A DNA stretch of 52,826 bases, taken from Octopus bimaculoides (taxonomy: Eukaryota). The position numbers and the translations under genes are program-made. Positions 24,651-34,892 of the stretch are shown here, in pieces. Positions within the stretch are counted from its first letter, which is position 1, and the number at the start of each line of letters is the position of its first letter. The notes under the pieces were generated by a model. It was given only the letters and a program-made list of their open reading frames with translations. It searched no databases and had not been told where the DNA came from. The DNA lies in the NCBI RefSeq assembly GCF_001194135.2, contig NC_068985.1, positions 126,860,557 through 126,913,382 on the forward strand, in the 5' to 3' direction.

Positions 24651-25190
24651 CCTTTTAGCATTCCGATTATTCTGTCAAATGTAAAAGGTAAAAACCCTAC
24701 CTTTGGTCATGAATGACCATGGGATAGCACCTAGAAAGTTACCTTCCAAGGCACAAGTCCGGGCAAGGTTGCTTATGGAAGACCAGCAGTCACCCCTCTC
24801 TATGCCACTGATGTTATCCAAGGGAAAGGCAAAGTCCTGATACAGCTTAGCACCATTGACATTGGAACTTATTTTCACAGCTGAGTGAACTGGAGCAACA
24901 TGAAATAAAGTGTCTTGCTGAAGAACATAACACATAGTCTGGTCTAAAAATTGAACTCACTACCTCGTGATTGTGCGCTAACCACTGAGCCATGTGCCTT
25001 CACTGTCAAATGTAATGCTTATTTATTCACATTGTTTTGAATTGATCATACATTATCACAAAACTTCAAGATTTGAATGATATGCCTATTTTTAAAATGA
25101 CATTGTAGGGTAGATATAGGATCTGGCTGATTTGAACATAAAACAGATATAATATTAGTGCTGGATATGGCTGGCTAAAATGCTAAAGAG
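24651..25190. mobile_element. piggyBac-like MITE interrupted by a SINE
   Basis: The left part CCTTTTAGCATTCCGATTATTCTGTCAAATGTAA resumes at 25003 and ends TGCTAAAGAG, matching the 17789-17986 family. Confidence 0.75.
24685..25002 (-). mobile_element. Full-length tRNA-derived SINE with a 13-bp TSD
   Basis: A-box TGGCTCAGTGG and B-box-like GAGTTCAATT on the minus strand; TSD CTGTCAAATGTAA at 24672-24684 and 25003-25015. Confidence 0.88.
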
Positions 25191-26088
25191 CTAAATAATA
25201 CTAACAACATTAATTTGGCTGTAACTCCGACTTATGTATTTTATCTATTCACTTAAAGTATTAATCCAGGCCCTTGGATTGATACTTCTATGAGGCACCT
25301 GGCAGAATTGGTAGTGTGTAAGAGGATTTTTAGTTGAGGAGTCAAACATATGTATTGTCACTGACTGTGTAGATATGTCCATGGCAAAAAAAAAACACAT
25401 AGCTCTTGTTGACATAGTAAACCTAATTGTAAACAGACACATAAATAGCCACAGCTTATTGTATGCAGTTGTATAGAGATAGCAACAGCTTATTGTATAC
25501 AGCTGCATAGAGATACAACAACAGCTTATTTTTACAAATACTATATAAATAGTTGAAGTTCTTCAACAGATCCACAACAGGAACCAGAAAGTGATTATAG
25601 AAATTATTAAGTTGATTCTCCCTCACTGACAACAAAACAATAACATAATCTACACAAGTCATTAGGTCTGCTAGAAATAACAAGTAAGTCTCCCTAAAAT
25701 CATCCCATATCATCTTAGTAAAGAAAAATGCATCGGATAATGTGGTTCTCGATGCAATTGTATCAAGGAAAAAAGATGGGGTGATTATGGCTAAAGCATC
25801 TTTTATTATAGATAAGTGATCAAGACTAAACAACATAATCTAAACTACTTTTCAATTGCTATATTTACTCATCAACTTGTATGGTTTCTTTGAAAATTGA
25901 AGATAATTGTTCTCATTAATCTATACCTTTGTTCACAAGTATGGCTCCCTCATAGTGTTAATTTCATTAATGAATTGGGAAGTAATCTAACAGTGCCTCC
26001 TGCATATAAAAAAAAAGTCTGGCATTATGCAGCAGCTAAACTGTTGACAGTGGTTGAAAGCTTTAGCCCTTTCAGTTCTATATTTAAG

Positions 26089-26330
26089 AGACGAGGAACT
26101 ATGTACATTATTTACATTTGACAGCTACTAACCCCAAGATTCTGAGTTCAATTCCAGGCAGTGACCTTAATAATAATAATAATAACAACAACAACATTGA
26201 AGAATACCTTAGGAATGAGAACCTAGGTTTGAAATTCCCCCAAGACACCTGATGAAGGCTGAAGGTGTATATCAGCCAAAACGTTGTGTTCACAACAAAC
26301 AAGATGAGGACAAATATCCTTCAAATGCTT
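26089..26330 (+). mobile_element. Penelope-like element terminal-repeat fragment
   Basis: Contains a hammerhead-like CTGATGA...stem...(G)AAAC motif typical of PLE terminal repeats. ACATTTGAC (about 26116-26124) and TTCAAATG (about 26320-26327) are inverted relative to each other. Confidence 0.55.
26244..26290 (+). ncRNA. Minimal type I hammerhead ribozyme motif, G12 mutated (probably inactive)
   Basis: Stem I GACAC (26244-48) / GTGTT (26286-90); core CTGATGA (26249-55) plus an extra A; stem II GGCTG / CAGCC; AAAA in place of GAAA; palindromic AACGTT stem III with a GUU cleavage triplet. Confidence 0.6.
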
Positions 26331-26394
26331 TAACCCTTTTGTTACCATATTTCTGTTGACATAAGGCTTTTGTTTCAAATAATTTTTAAAATAA

Positions 26395-26550
26395 TGTGGC
26401 TGTGTGGTAAGAAACTTGTTTCCCAACCACATGGTCCCCAGTTCAGTCCCACTACATAGCACCTTGGGCAAGTGTCTTCTACTATAGCCTTGAGCAGACC
26501 AAAACCATGTGAGTGAATTTGGTAGACGGAAACTGAAAGAAGCCCATCAC
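26395..26550 (+). mobile_element. SINE head half (bipartite family)
   Basis: GTGGCTGTGTGGTAAG...AGTTCAGTCCCAC...GGTAGACGGAAACTGAAAGAAGCCC. Confidence 0.8.
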
Positions 26551-26714
26551 ATTATGTGGCCTGTGTTTTCTGTACTGTTTATCCTTTTGTCTACGTTTTG
26601 TTTGCAACGTCCTGTACCCAAATATGCATCTATATATACATGTATATGTAGGTATGTACATACATGTACGTATATATGCATATACTCATTTATTATTTGT
26701 ATTATATATATATA

Positions 26715-27140
26715 TCAGATGTTGTGTGCAAGAGAGAAGACTGCACTGGTTTGGTCGTGATGCAAATGGATGAGGACAACTGCATAAAGAAGTGCTATGC
26801 TCTAATTGTGGAGGGTGCCTGTGGAAAGGGTAGACCCAGGAAGACATAGGGCAAGGTGGTGAGAAAGGATCTTCGGACGCTGAACCTCACTGAGGAAATG
26901 ACAAAGGGACCGAGAGATGTAGCAATTTGCTGTATTTGATAAGACACATCAAGCTAAGTAAAATTGCTGTCTTCCACACATACAAGCCTGTCCTTTCAGG
27001 TGTCAGTGCCACTTAAAAGCACCCATGCCAGCGCTGCATAAATGCACCTGTGCCAGTGGCACGAGAAGTACCCAGCACACTCTGTTAAGTGTTAGGAAGG
27101 GCATCCAGTCGTAGAAGCCATGCTTCAACAGACAGCTGGA
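26715..27140 (+). mobile_element. RTE LINE 3' fragment
   Basis: LIVEGACGKGRPRKT*GKVVRKDLRTLNLTEEMT, followed by the RTE 3' UTR (GTTAGGAAGGGCATCCAG). Confidence 0.82.
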
Positions 27141-27599
27141 GTTTGGACAGCTGTTACTGAAGAGATTGCAAGAGTGCAATGAAATAATTTAACAAAAAAA
27201 CTATATAAATTTATAAAGGAATGTATATTTTCACATTAGGCAAATATTTTTAATGGAGGAATAAAGATAGTTAAATTCTGTGAAATGTCTGAGCAGAAAG
27301 AATAAGACTGAATAATGAGAAACAGAATGTTTAGTCTGATCATCAGTTTTGACTCGATTATCAGAGGCACCAAATCAGAAATTTTAGGAAAAAAATGCAG
27401 TTAATATACTTTATTAGTATCTTTTGAGGACTCCAGAGAAACGAAAGGCAAAGTTGATCTTAAGTAGATAAAGGGGCTGTGCCATTAACTTCCATAAACC
27501 CTTCAAAAACTGGTACTGATATGGCTGATATTAACTTTGAACAGCTGCTTTGTTTTGTTTTTTGTTTTTTTTACTTACTGAGTCAAGAAGGAATGCCCA

Positions 27600-27960
27600 T
27601 AGCCTTTTCAGAGCCATTCCTGACCAGTGAGAAAGATAAGCATAGAGAGAACACCAGAGGGTTAATGTTTTGAAAGGACTTAGAGTAATGATTAGTGAGG
27701 AGCCAGGAATGTTGGATATATGAAAGGTAAAGATGGGAGGACAGAGAAGCAGGATTGGAATGCTTGAGTAGATGTGACATGAGTCCAGTCAGCTCCAAAG
27801 TGATGTATGGAGGAGAGAGAGAGATAGGGTCATGCACTAAGAAAGAACTTCAGCATGCTCAGATTCTAGGGAGAAAAGACTGGGTTGTACTCTCTAGCAG
27901 AAGAGACAGAATTAGTGACAAAAGATACAGATGCAATGAGCTAATTCTTGAGAAGCAGAG
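27600..27960 (-). mobile_element. Decayed CR1/Jockey-like LINE 3' end
   Basis: The minus strand gives ...LLTNHYSKSF, resembling the RTxxYxxSFFP terminal motif of CR1-group ORF2. Confidence 0.45.
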
Positions 27961-29358
27961 AACATGGCAGTGATGGAGATATTTATTTTGATGAAGTACA
28001 GATTCTATCACCTACAGCCCTCAATAACAATGGGGTTTTTTTCCAGCATCAGTATGGAATGTATGGACCTTGTGCTAATGCTGGAAATCAATACCAACAC
28101 CTAACTGATAATTGTTTTACTGACCTTTGGAGAACAAGAAAAATAAAGTTGACCTCAATGAGATTTGAACTGAGAATGTGAATGGATGTAACTAAATACT
28201 CAATAATAATAGTCCACATATAATTTGCTTGTTTCATCATCATCATTTAACATGTTTTTCCATGCTGGCATGGGTTGGACAGTTTGGCTAGAGCTGGCAA
28301 GACCTGTGACCTCACCAGGCTCCATTCTGTTCTGGCATTGCTTCTACAGCTGGATGCCCTTCCTAACACCAACCACTCCACAGTGTGCCACATAGTAATA
28401 GCATTGAAGTAGAAGGCTGTCATCTGACAAATAGAATGTGCTGTGTGAATGGCAGAACATTTTACTTTCATTTTAGTTCTAATACAACATTTTGAAAAGT
28501 ACAAAAAGAATGTAACAATTTTGTTTGTTTATTAGTATGTACGTATACTACACACACACACACACTGCAGAAGATACTATTTTCATAAGCTTTATTTTAT
28601 GACCATTTTTCCCATGCTTTCAATACACCAACATTTAAATACACACCTACATACATATACAACAAACTTCATCATTTTTCATCTATCATTTCCACTCACC
28701 AGATATTGGTTGGCTTGAGGCTACTTATATGGCTGGCCTGAGGCTTATATATATATATATAAGCATAGCTGTGTAGTTAAGACATTCACTTTCAAACACA
28801 CAGAGTTTGGAGTTCAGTTCTACTGTGTGGCACCTTAGACAAATGATTTCTACTATAGTCCCAAGCCAATCTAAGCCTTGTGAGAGGATTTGGTAGACAG
28901 AAACTGAAAGATGTCCATCATGTGTGTGTGTGTGTTACTCATATAGAAGCAGTATCATCATTTTCAGTCTCCCGTGAAAACATGTCTAGCCATGAGGGAA
29001 TATTACCTTACTTAGAAACAGGTCAGGGTTGGTAACAGGAAGAGCATCTGGATGTAGAAAATCCATTTCAACAAATTCCATCCAACCCATGCCAGCAGTG
29101 AAAAGTGGACATTAATATGATGATGATGATGATGATGATGATGTGTGTGTTTGTGTTTCTTGGTCATGACAACATATGACAATTGTAAGCAAATGACACC
29201 ATTATAGAAGCAGTATTGTTTTATTTCCAGCTGAGAAACAAGGATTGGTGACAGGAAGGGCATCTGGCCAGAGAAAAACTTGCTTCAATCAATTCTGACT
29301 CATGAAAGTATGGAAAATACATGTTAGAACAATGATGATAAAACGCACACACACACAC

Positions 29359-29404
<46 letters not shown>

Positions 29405-29461
29405 CACACACAGAGCCATGCTAGCATGGAAGGTGGACGTTAAATGATGATGGTGATGATA

Positions 29462-30761
29462 CAGGGTGGGTGGAAAGTAACTAGGCATTAGAAACTGCTT
29501 ATAGAATTTTTAATATCACTGAAGTCAAAAGGAAAACATTTTTTAAACAGACACTAATGGGGATTTATTATTTTCTTATTGGTCTTATTTCTTATTTTCC
29601 AAATGGTTGGTCACTTGACTGTTCAGGAATGAGCTAAGATGGTAGTGTGAAGTGTGGAATTCCATTGTTTTGGTTCAGAGACAGTGGCATGCATGGAAAG
29701 GTAAGCATGCAACACTATGTCCAGAGACAATAAAAAGTTGTCATGCAATGCTGATGACCACAGGCTCTGTGAACTATGCAAGAACAAGTGGTTGTCCAAC
29801 CACATCCCGATCAGCAAGGAACGTGGCAACAGTGCAGGAAACGTTTAATTGTAGCCCGCAAAAATCAACGTCATGCAGCTTGTGAAAGTGGACTAACAAG
29901 AGACACAATACAGCGTTGCATAAAGAATTGAATTTTCGTCCATGGAAACCCCATTATGTGCAGGAGCTAAAACCAGAAGACTGTGACTGTAAAATGGAAC
30001 ATGGAGAGTTAATGCTAGGTTGGCATGAAGATTGGCCTGAATTGTTTGAAAACATCATCTGGAGTGACAAAGCTGTATTCCATGTTAGTGGCTTCATCAA
30101 TCGTCACAACTGCCATTACTGGGCATCGTGTAATAAGGATTTGAACATGATGGTTGGGAGGATGCAAGCTCAACCAAAAGTGACCATGTGGTGCAGAATG
30201 ACGGCAACGAGTCTTCAGCCTGTATATGACACCATGAATACGGACTGCTATCTTCAGATGCTTGAAAATTACGTGTGGCCCTCGGTGTCTGGCTGGGATA
30301 ACATTGGTGACCTGATATTCATGCAGGATGGTGCACCACCCCATTTTGCTTTTACTGTGCATGCATGATTAGTCCAATATTTTCCAAGACGTTAGATGGG
30401 ACGACGCGAACCCCATGAATGGCCTCCAAGAAGTCCAGATCTCACTCCATGTGATTTTTACCTGTGGGGTTACACAGAAGAGGAAGTGTACAAGACAAAA
30501 CCTCACACTCTGGAGAATGTGGAGACATGGATTCAGGAGGTTCTCAATGATATCCCAGACAATGTCCTTCAGAAATTTGTTCATTCCATCCTTGGCTGTT
30601 TGAGGAAACTGGTTGACAACGCCAATGCTAACGTTGAAATATGAAGATTTACTTTCATTTTCTCATGTAATAAAGAATATGTATCATTTTTTTCAATAAC
30701 TTTGTAAAAATATGGATTTTATTACCAATTTTTAATGCCTACTTACTTTTCACCCACCCTG
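29462..30761 (+). mobile_element. Full-length (1300 bp) DD41D rosa-type Tc1/mariner transposon, defective
   Basis: 29-bp TIRs CAGGGTGGGTGGAAAGTAACTAGGCATTA / CAGGGTGGGTGAAAAGTAAGTAGGCATTA (27/29); TA on both flanks. Transposase remnant 29603-30644 with WSDKAVF, MQDGAPPH, WPPRSPDLTPCD; 41 codons counted between the second and third Asp. Confidence 0.92.
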
Positions 30762-31113
30762 TATATAATATATATATTATGTGGTATATAGAAGATATTT
30801 TCAAAAGAAAGAAAAGAATTTAATATCTGATTTCATTTGAACAGATGTGTTATTCACTATAATTGAAAAAATTGTCATCATGCATGGCTGTGTGGTTAAG
30901 AATTTCACTAAGCAAGCATATGATTCTAAGCTTGATTCCACTGCAAGTGTTTTTTACTACTATTTTGAATGGACTAATGCCTTGTGAGTAAAATTTGGCA
31001 GATAGGAGCTGTTAAGAAACAGTGAACAAAAATACCTAGTGATATTTATTCCACTCAAGACGCTCCCTTGTAACACATTCCAATGAAAATGAAGTGTACA
31101 AGTGACTGAGCCC

Positions 31114-31261
31114 AGTGGTTGTGTGGTAAGTAGCTTGCTTACTGACATGGCTCTGGGTTCAGTCCCACTGCGTGGCACATTGGGCAAGTGTCTTCTGCTA
31201 TATCCTCGGGCCAACCAAAGCCTTGTGAGTGGATTTGGTAGATAGAAACTGAAAGAAGCTC

Positions 31262-31313
<52 letters not shown>

Positions 31314-31914
31314 TATATACACACACACACACACATATATATATAATAATATAAATAATATATATACACCAACAGTAAACAACATGAAATACAAAAACAA
31401 ATGAGTGAAATTGCACAAATAACAAGAAAAAATGGAAAACGACAAATAATACAAAGAACAGCCATTCATCAGTTGTCAGCTGTCTATCTACTCTCCATTT
31501 CGAGCAATCAACGACAATGGAGAGTAGATAGACAGCTGACAACTGATGAAGGGTCATTCTTTGTATTACTTGTCTTGTTTTCCATTTTTTCTCTCATTTG
31601 TGTATTTAACTCATTTGGTTTTGTATTTCATGTTGTTTACTGTTGGTGACGTCCTGTACCCATATATACATATTATTTATATCATTATTTAATTGAATGC
31701 CATACATCCATTTCCAAGTAAGTTTTTATATATATGTCTCTGTGTTTGTCCCCCCCAACACCGTTTGACAACCGATGTTGGTGTGTCTACATCCCAATAA
31801 CTTAAAAGTTTGGCAAAAGATACCGATAGAATAAATACTAGACTTACAAAGAATAAGTTCTGAGATTGATTTGTTCGAATAAAGATGGTGCTCCAGCATG
31901 GTCACAGTCAAATG
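31114..31914 (+). mobile_element. Bipartite SINE split by a fold-back insertion in its microsatellite
   Basis: Head half at about 31114-31264 and 3' half at about 31735-31914. Confidence 0.75.
31367..31648. repeat. 133-bp inverted repeat with a 16-nt loop (fold-back)
   Basis: Arms at 31367-31499 and 31516-31648. The innermost 35 bp and outermost 30 bp are perfect, with about 13 differences in between. This explains the near-identical ORFs on opposite strands. Confidence 0.95.
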
Positions 31915-32130
31915 CCAGCAATATCCAACCCAAATATTTTACCTATTTTATGTTAAAATAAGCCAGAACTGACCGTTCACTTCTCTACAATGTCATTCTA
32001 ATAATAAACAATATCAAAATCTTGAAGCCACAAGATAATGCACAATTAGTTTTTTTTAAATGCGAATAAATGTTACATTTGACAGAGTGATCTGAATGCT
32101 AAAGAGTTAATGCAAAAAGAATAGGTTTAA

Positions 32131-32338
32131 CCCTTTTGTTACTGTATTTATTTTGAGAGGCTCTGTGTTTCTTTCAATTACTTTAAATATAACAAAGAAT
32201 TTAGTAAAATAACTTAGTTATCATTAAGCTGGTGTTAGGAACATAAATTGTGACTAAGGTTTGGTGGAAGATTTTAATTCAGAACTTATGAAAACAAGAC
32301 ATTTGTACTCAGAGTCAGCCGGGTTGGTAACAAAAGGG
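32131..32338. mobile_element. piggyBac-like MITE (208 bp)
   Basis: Perfect 12-bp TIR CCCTTTTGTTAC / GTAACAAAAGGG with TTAA on both sides. Partial relatives at about 13110-13330, 14420-14560 and 26331-26394. Confidence 0.9.
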
Positions 32339-33628
32339 TTAAGCATCTTGATTAGCAAACATTGTTTAGCTTTTCCAATATTGACCCATTTTGAATCTCA
32401 AATTTGAATTTTAGAAAAACACATAGGCAGTGAATTATCATTAATAATATAGTCAAGATTGGGTTAATGTAACTCTGTGACAATAAGTAAAGAGAAACTT
32501 CGAATGACAACAAAACATTATTTCAGATTGTAAACTGGAGGTACCCAGGGATAGTCACTTTATGAATATTTGGTGAATCCCATAATAAACTGGCACAGTG
32601 CTTTCACCTGAGACTTTATCTATAGCAAGTCAGCTCAGTGAAGCATGTACTACCTTCACAAGCTAAATCCACAACAGGATTTGAACTTGGCACTGGAAGT
32701 TAAAAACTTGTTAATTTTTGGGGAAAAAAAAAAAACACTAATTATATATCTGAACTAGAGTATTTCTGGATTGCCTCCTTCCACAAAGGCTGATCATCTC
32801 CCAGCACATGAAAATATTCCTTTGCACTTTCCAATATTTCCCATTCTAGACACTAGTAAGTTTCTTTCAGCTATAAAAGTAAGTTGCTGATAACACCATA
32901 GAGTTCCTTTGGTCAGTTTCTGATGCTTCTATTAAATTGCAATAGGAGTTTGCAGAAAGAAAATATATATTTATATAATTAAAAAGTTATGAGAATTGTT
33001 TTACATAAATTAATCTTTCTTATGTTTCTACCTAAGTAATTTTTATATTTTTCATAACTAACCAGTTTGGGGTAGAATCCATTGGTCTTTGGTCAGTTAA
33101 TTCTTCTAGTAGTCAAATATTCCGGATTTGAATAATCTCTGTATGTTCAGTAATGTTTCCTTATCTTCAGGTGTCAGGTGCTACCTACCTGTGTGTGTGT
33201 GTGTGTGTGTTTTCATATAAACAATACACAACTATGTTAGCAATGTGTAGAATTTTGTGAGTAAACAGGATTATTTTGTCATACCTAAAAACTTAAAAGC
33301 TTTTTGTCATTGACTTCAGTCAAGCGTTCCCATTAGTAAATCTAAAATAACTTATTTTAGCTTCATTGATAGCCAACAGTAAAGTTAATCACACAAACCT
33401 TTCGGCTTTGAAGAAATAATTCTGCTTACCAACAAACGTTTTTGTTATACATGAAACCAGTCAAGCATTCATTAAAGATTACTCAATACATTTATGAGTA
33501 TCAAATCTATTTTCAAGAGGTTGAGTGTGACTCAGAAGTTTCACCAAACATTGGCTTCATTAGATATATATATATATATATTGCATTGTCATTTCTCTCC
33601 CATTTCTAACAAAACTATCCGATGAACG

Positions 33629-33674
<46 letters not shown>

Positions 33675-33846
33675 TATATAACCATAGCTGCTATTTCTGA
33701 ACTTCGGTATGTGGTGAAGCAACTGTTGCTGATCCCTTAATTATGTTTATAAATGTATAAGAACTTTTAAATAAGTTCTTCACTGATAATGGTGTTTACA
33801 TACCAAAGGGCTTGGTAAAAATTATTAATTATTAATTTATTAATAA

Positions 33847-34508
33847 NNNNNNNNNNNNNNNNNNNNNNNNNNNNNNNNNNNNNNNNNNNNNNNNNNNNNN
33901 NNNNNNNNNNNNNNNNNNNNNNNNNNNNNNNNNNNNNNNNNNNNNNNNNNNNNNNNNNNNNNNNNNNNNNNNNNNNNNNNNNNNNNNNNNNNNNNNNNNN
34001 NNNNNNNNNNNNNNNNNNNNNNNNNNNNNNNNNNNNNNNNNNNNNNNNNNNNNNNNNNNNNNNNNNNNNNNNNNNNNNNNNNNNNNNNNNNNNNNNNNNN
34101 NNNNNNNNNNNNNNNNNNNNNNNNNNNNNNNNNNNNNNNNNNNNNNNNNNNNNNNNNNNNNNNNNNNNNNNNNNNNNNNNNNNNNNNNNNNNNNNNNNNN
34201 NNNNNNNNNNNNNNNNNNNNNNNNNNNNNNNNNNNNNNNNNNNNNNNNNNNNNNNNNNNNNNNNNNNNNNNNNNNNNNNNNNNNNNNNNNNNNNNNNNNN
34301 NNNNNNNNNNNNNNNNNNNNNNNNNNNNNNNNNNNNNNNNNNNNNNNNNNNNNNNNNNNNNNNNNNNNNNNNNNNNNNNNNNNNNNNNNNNNNNNNNNNN
34401 NNNNNNNNNNNNNNNNNNNNNNNNNNNNNNNNNNNNNNNNNNNNNNNNNNNNNNNNNNNNNNNNNNNNNNNNNNNNNNNNNNNNNNNNNNNNNNNNNNNN
34501 NNNNNNNN
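33847..34508. other. Assembly gap
   Basis: Run of N adjoining the RTE fragment. Confidence 1.
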
Positions 34509-34892
34509 ATGTCCATACCAGCGCAATCGTCTCTCTTGCACACCACAACTGATGCTTCTAATGTTCAGCTTTTCTCTCAAGATACTTACACTCTGACGGG
34601 TATTCACATTGACATTACACATCCAACGGAGCATACTGGCTTCATTCCTTGCGAGCTTACGTATGTCCTCAGCAGTTACAGCCCATGTTTCACTGCCATG
34701 TAGCATGGCTGTTCGTACGCATGCATCATACAGTCTGCCTTTTACTCTGAGTGAGAGTCCCTTTGTCGCCAGCAGGGGTAAGAGCTCTCTAAACTTTGCC
34801 CAGGCTATTCTTATTCTAGCAGCTACACTTTCAGCGCACCCACCCCCACTACTAACTTGGTCGCCCAGATAGCGGAAGCTATCGACTACCTC
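34509..34892 (-). mobile_element. Young 5'-truncated RTE LINE (RT thumb and C-terminal region)
   Basis: 128 open codons: EVVDSFRYLGDQVSSGGGCAESVAARIRIAWAKFRELLPLL...MLHGSETWAV...QERRLRWYGH. YLG, HGSETW and LRWYGH are RTE-clade hallmarks; the element runs into the gap. Confidence 0.92.

Noticed and set aside
25456-25836. 126-aa minus-strand ORF with an amphipathic look
   Set aside because: No recognisable motif, the end overlaps a 34-36 bp tandem repeat, there are no convincing splice sites, and about one such ORF is plausible by chance in a window this size.
31543-31570. CTGATGAAG at the inner end of the fold-back arm as a hammerhead core
   Set aside because: No GAAA and no convincing stem II follow.
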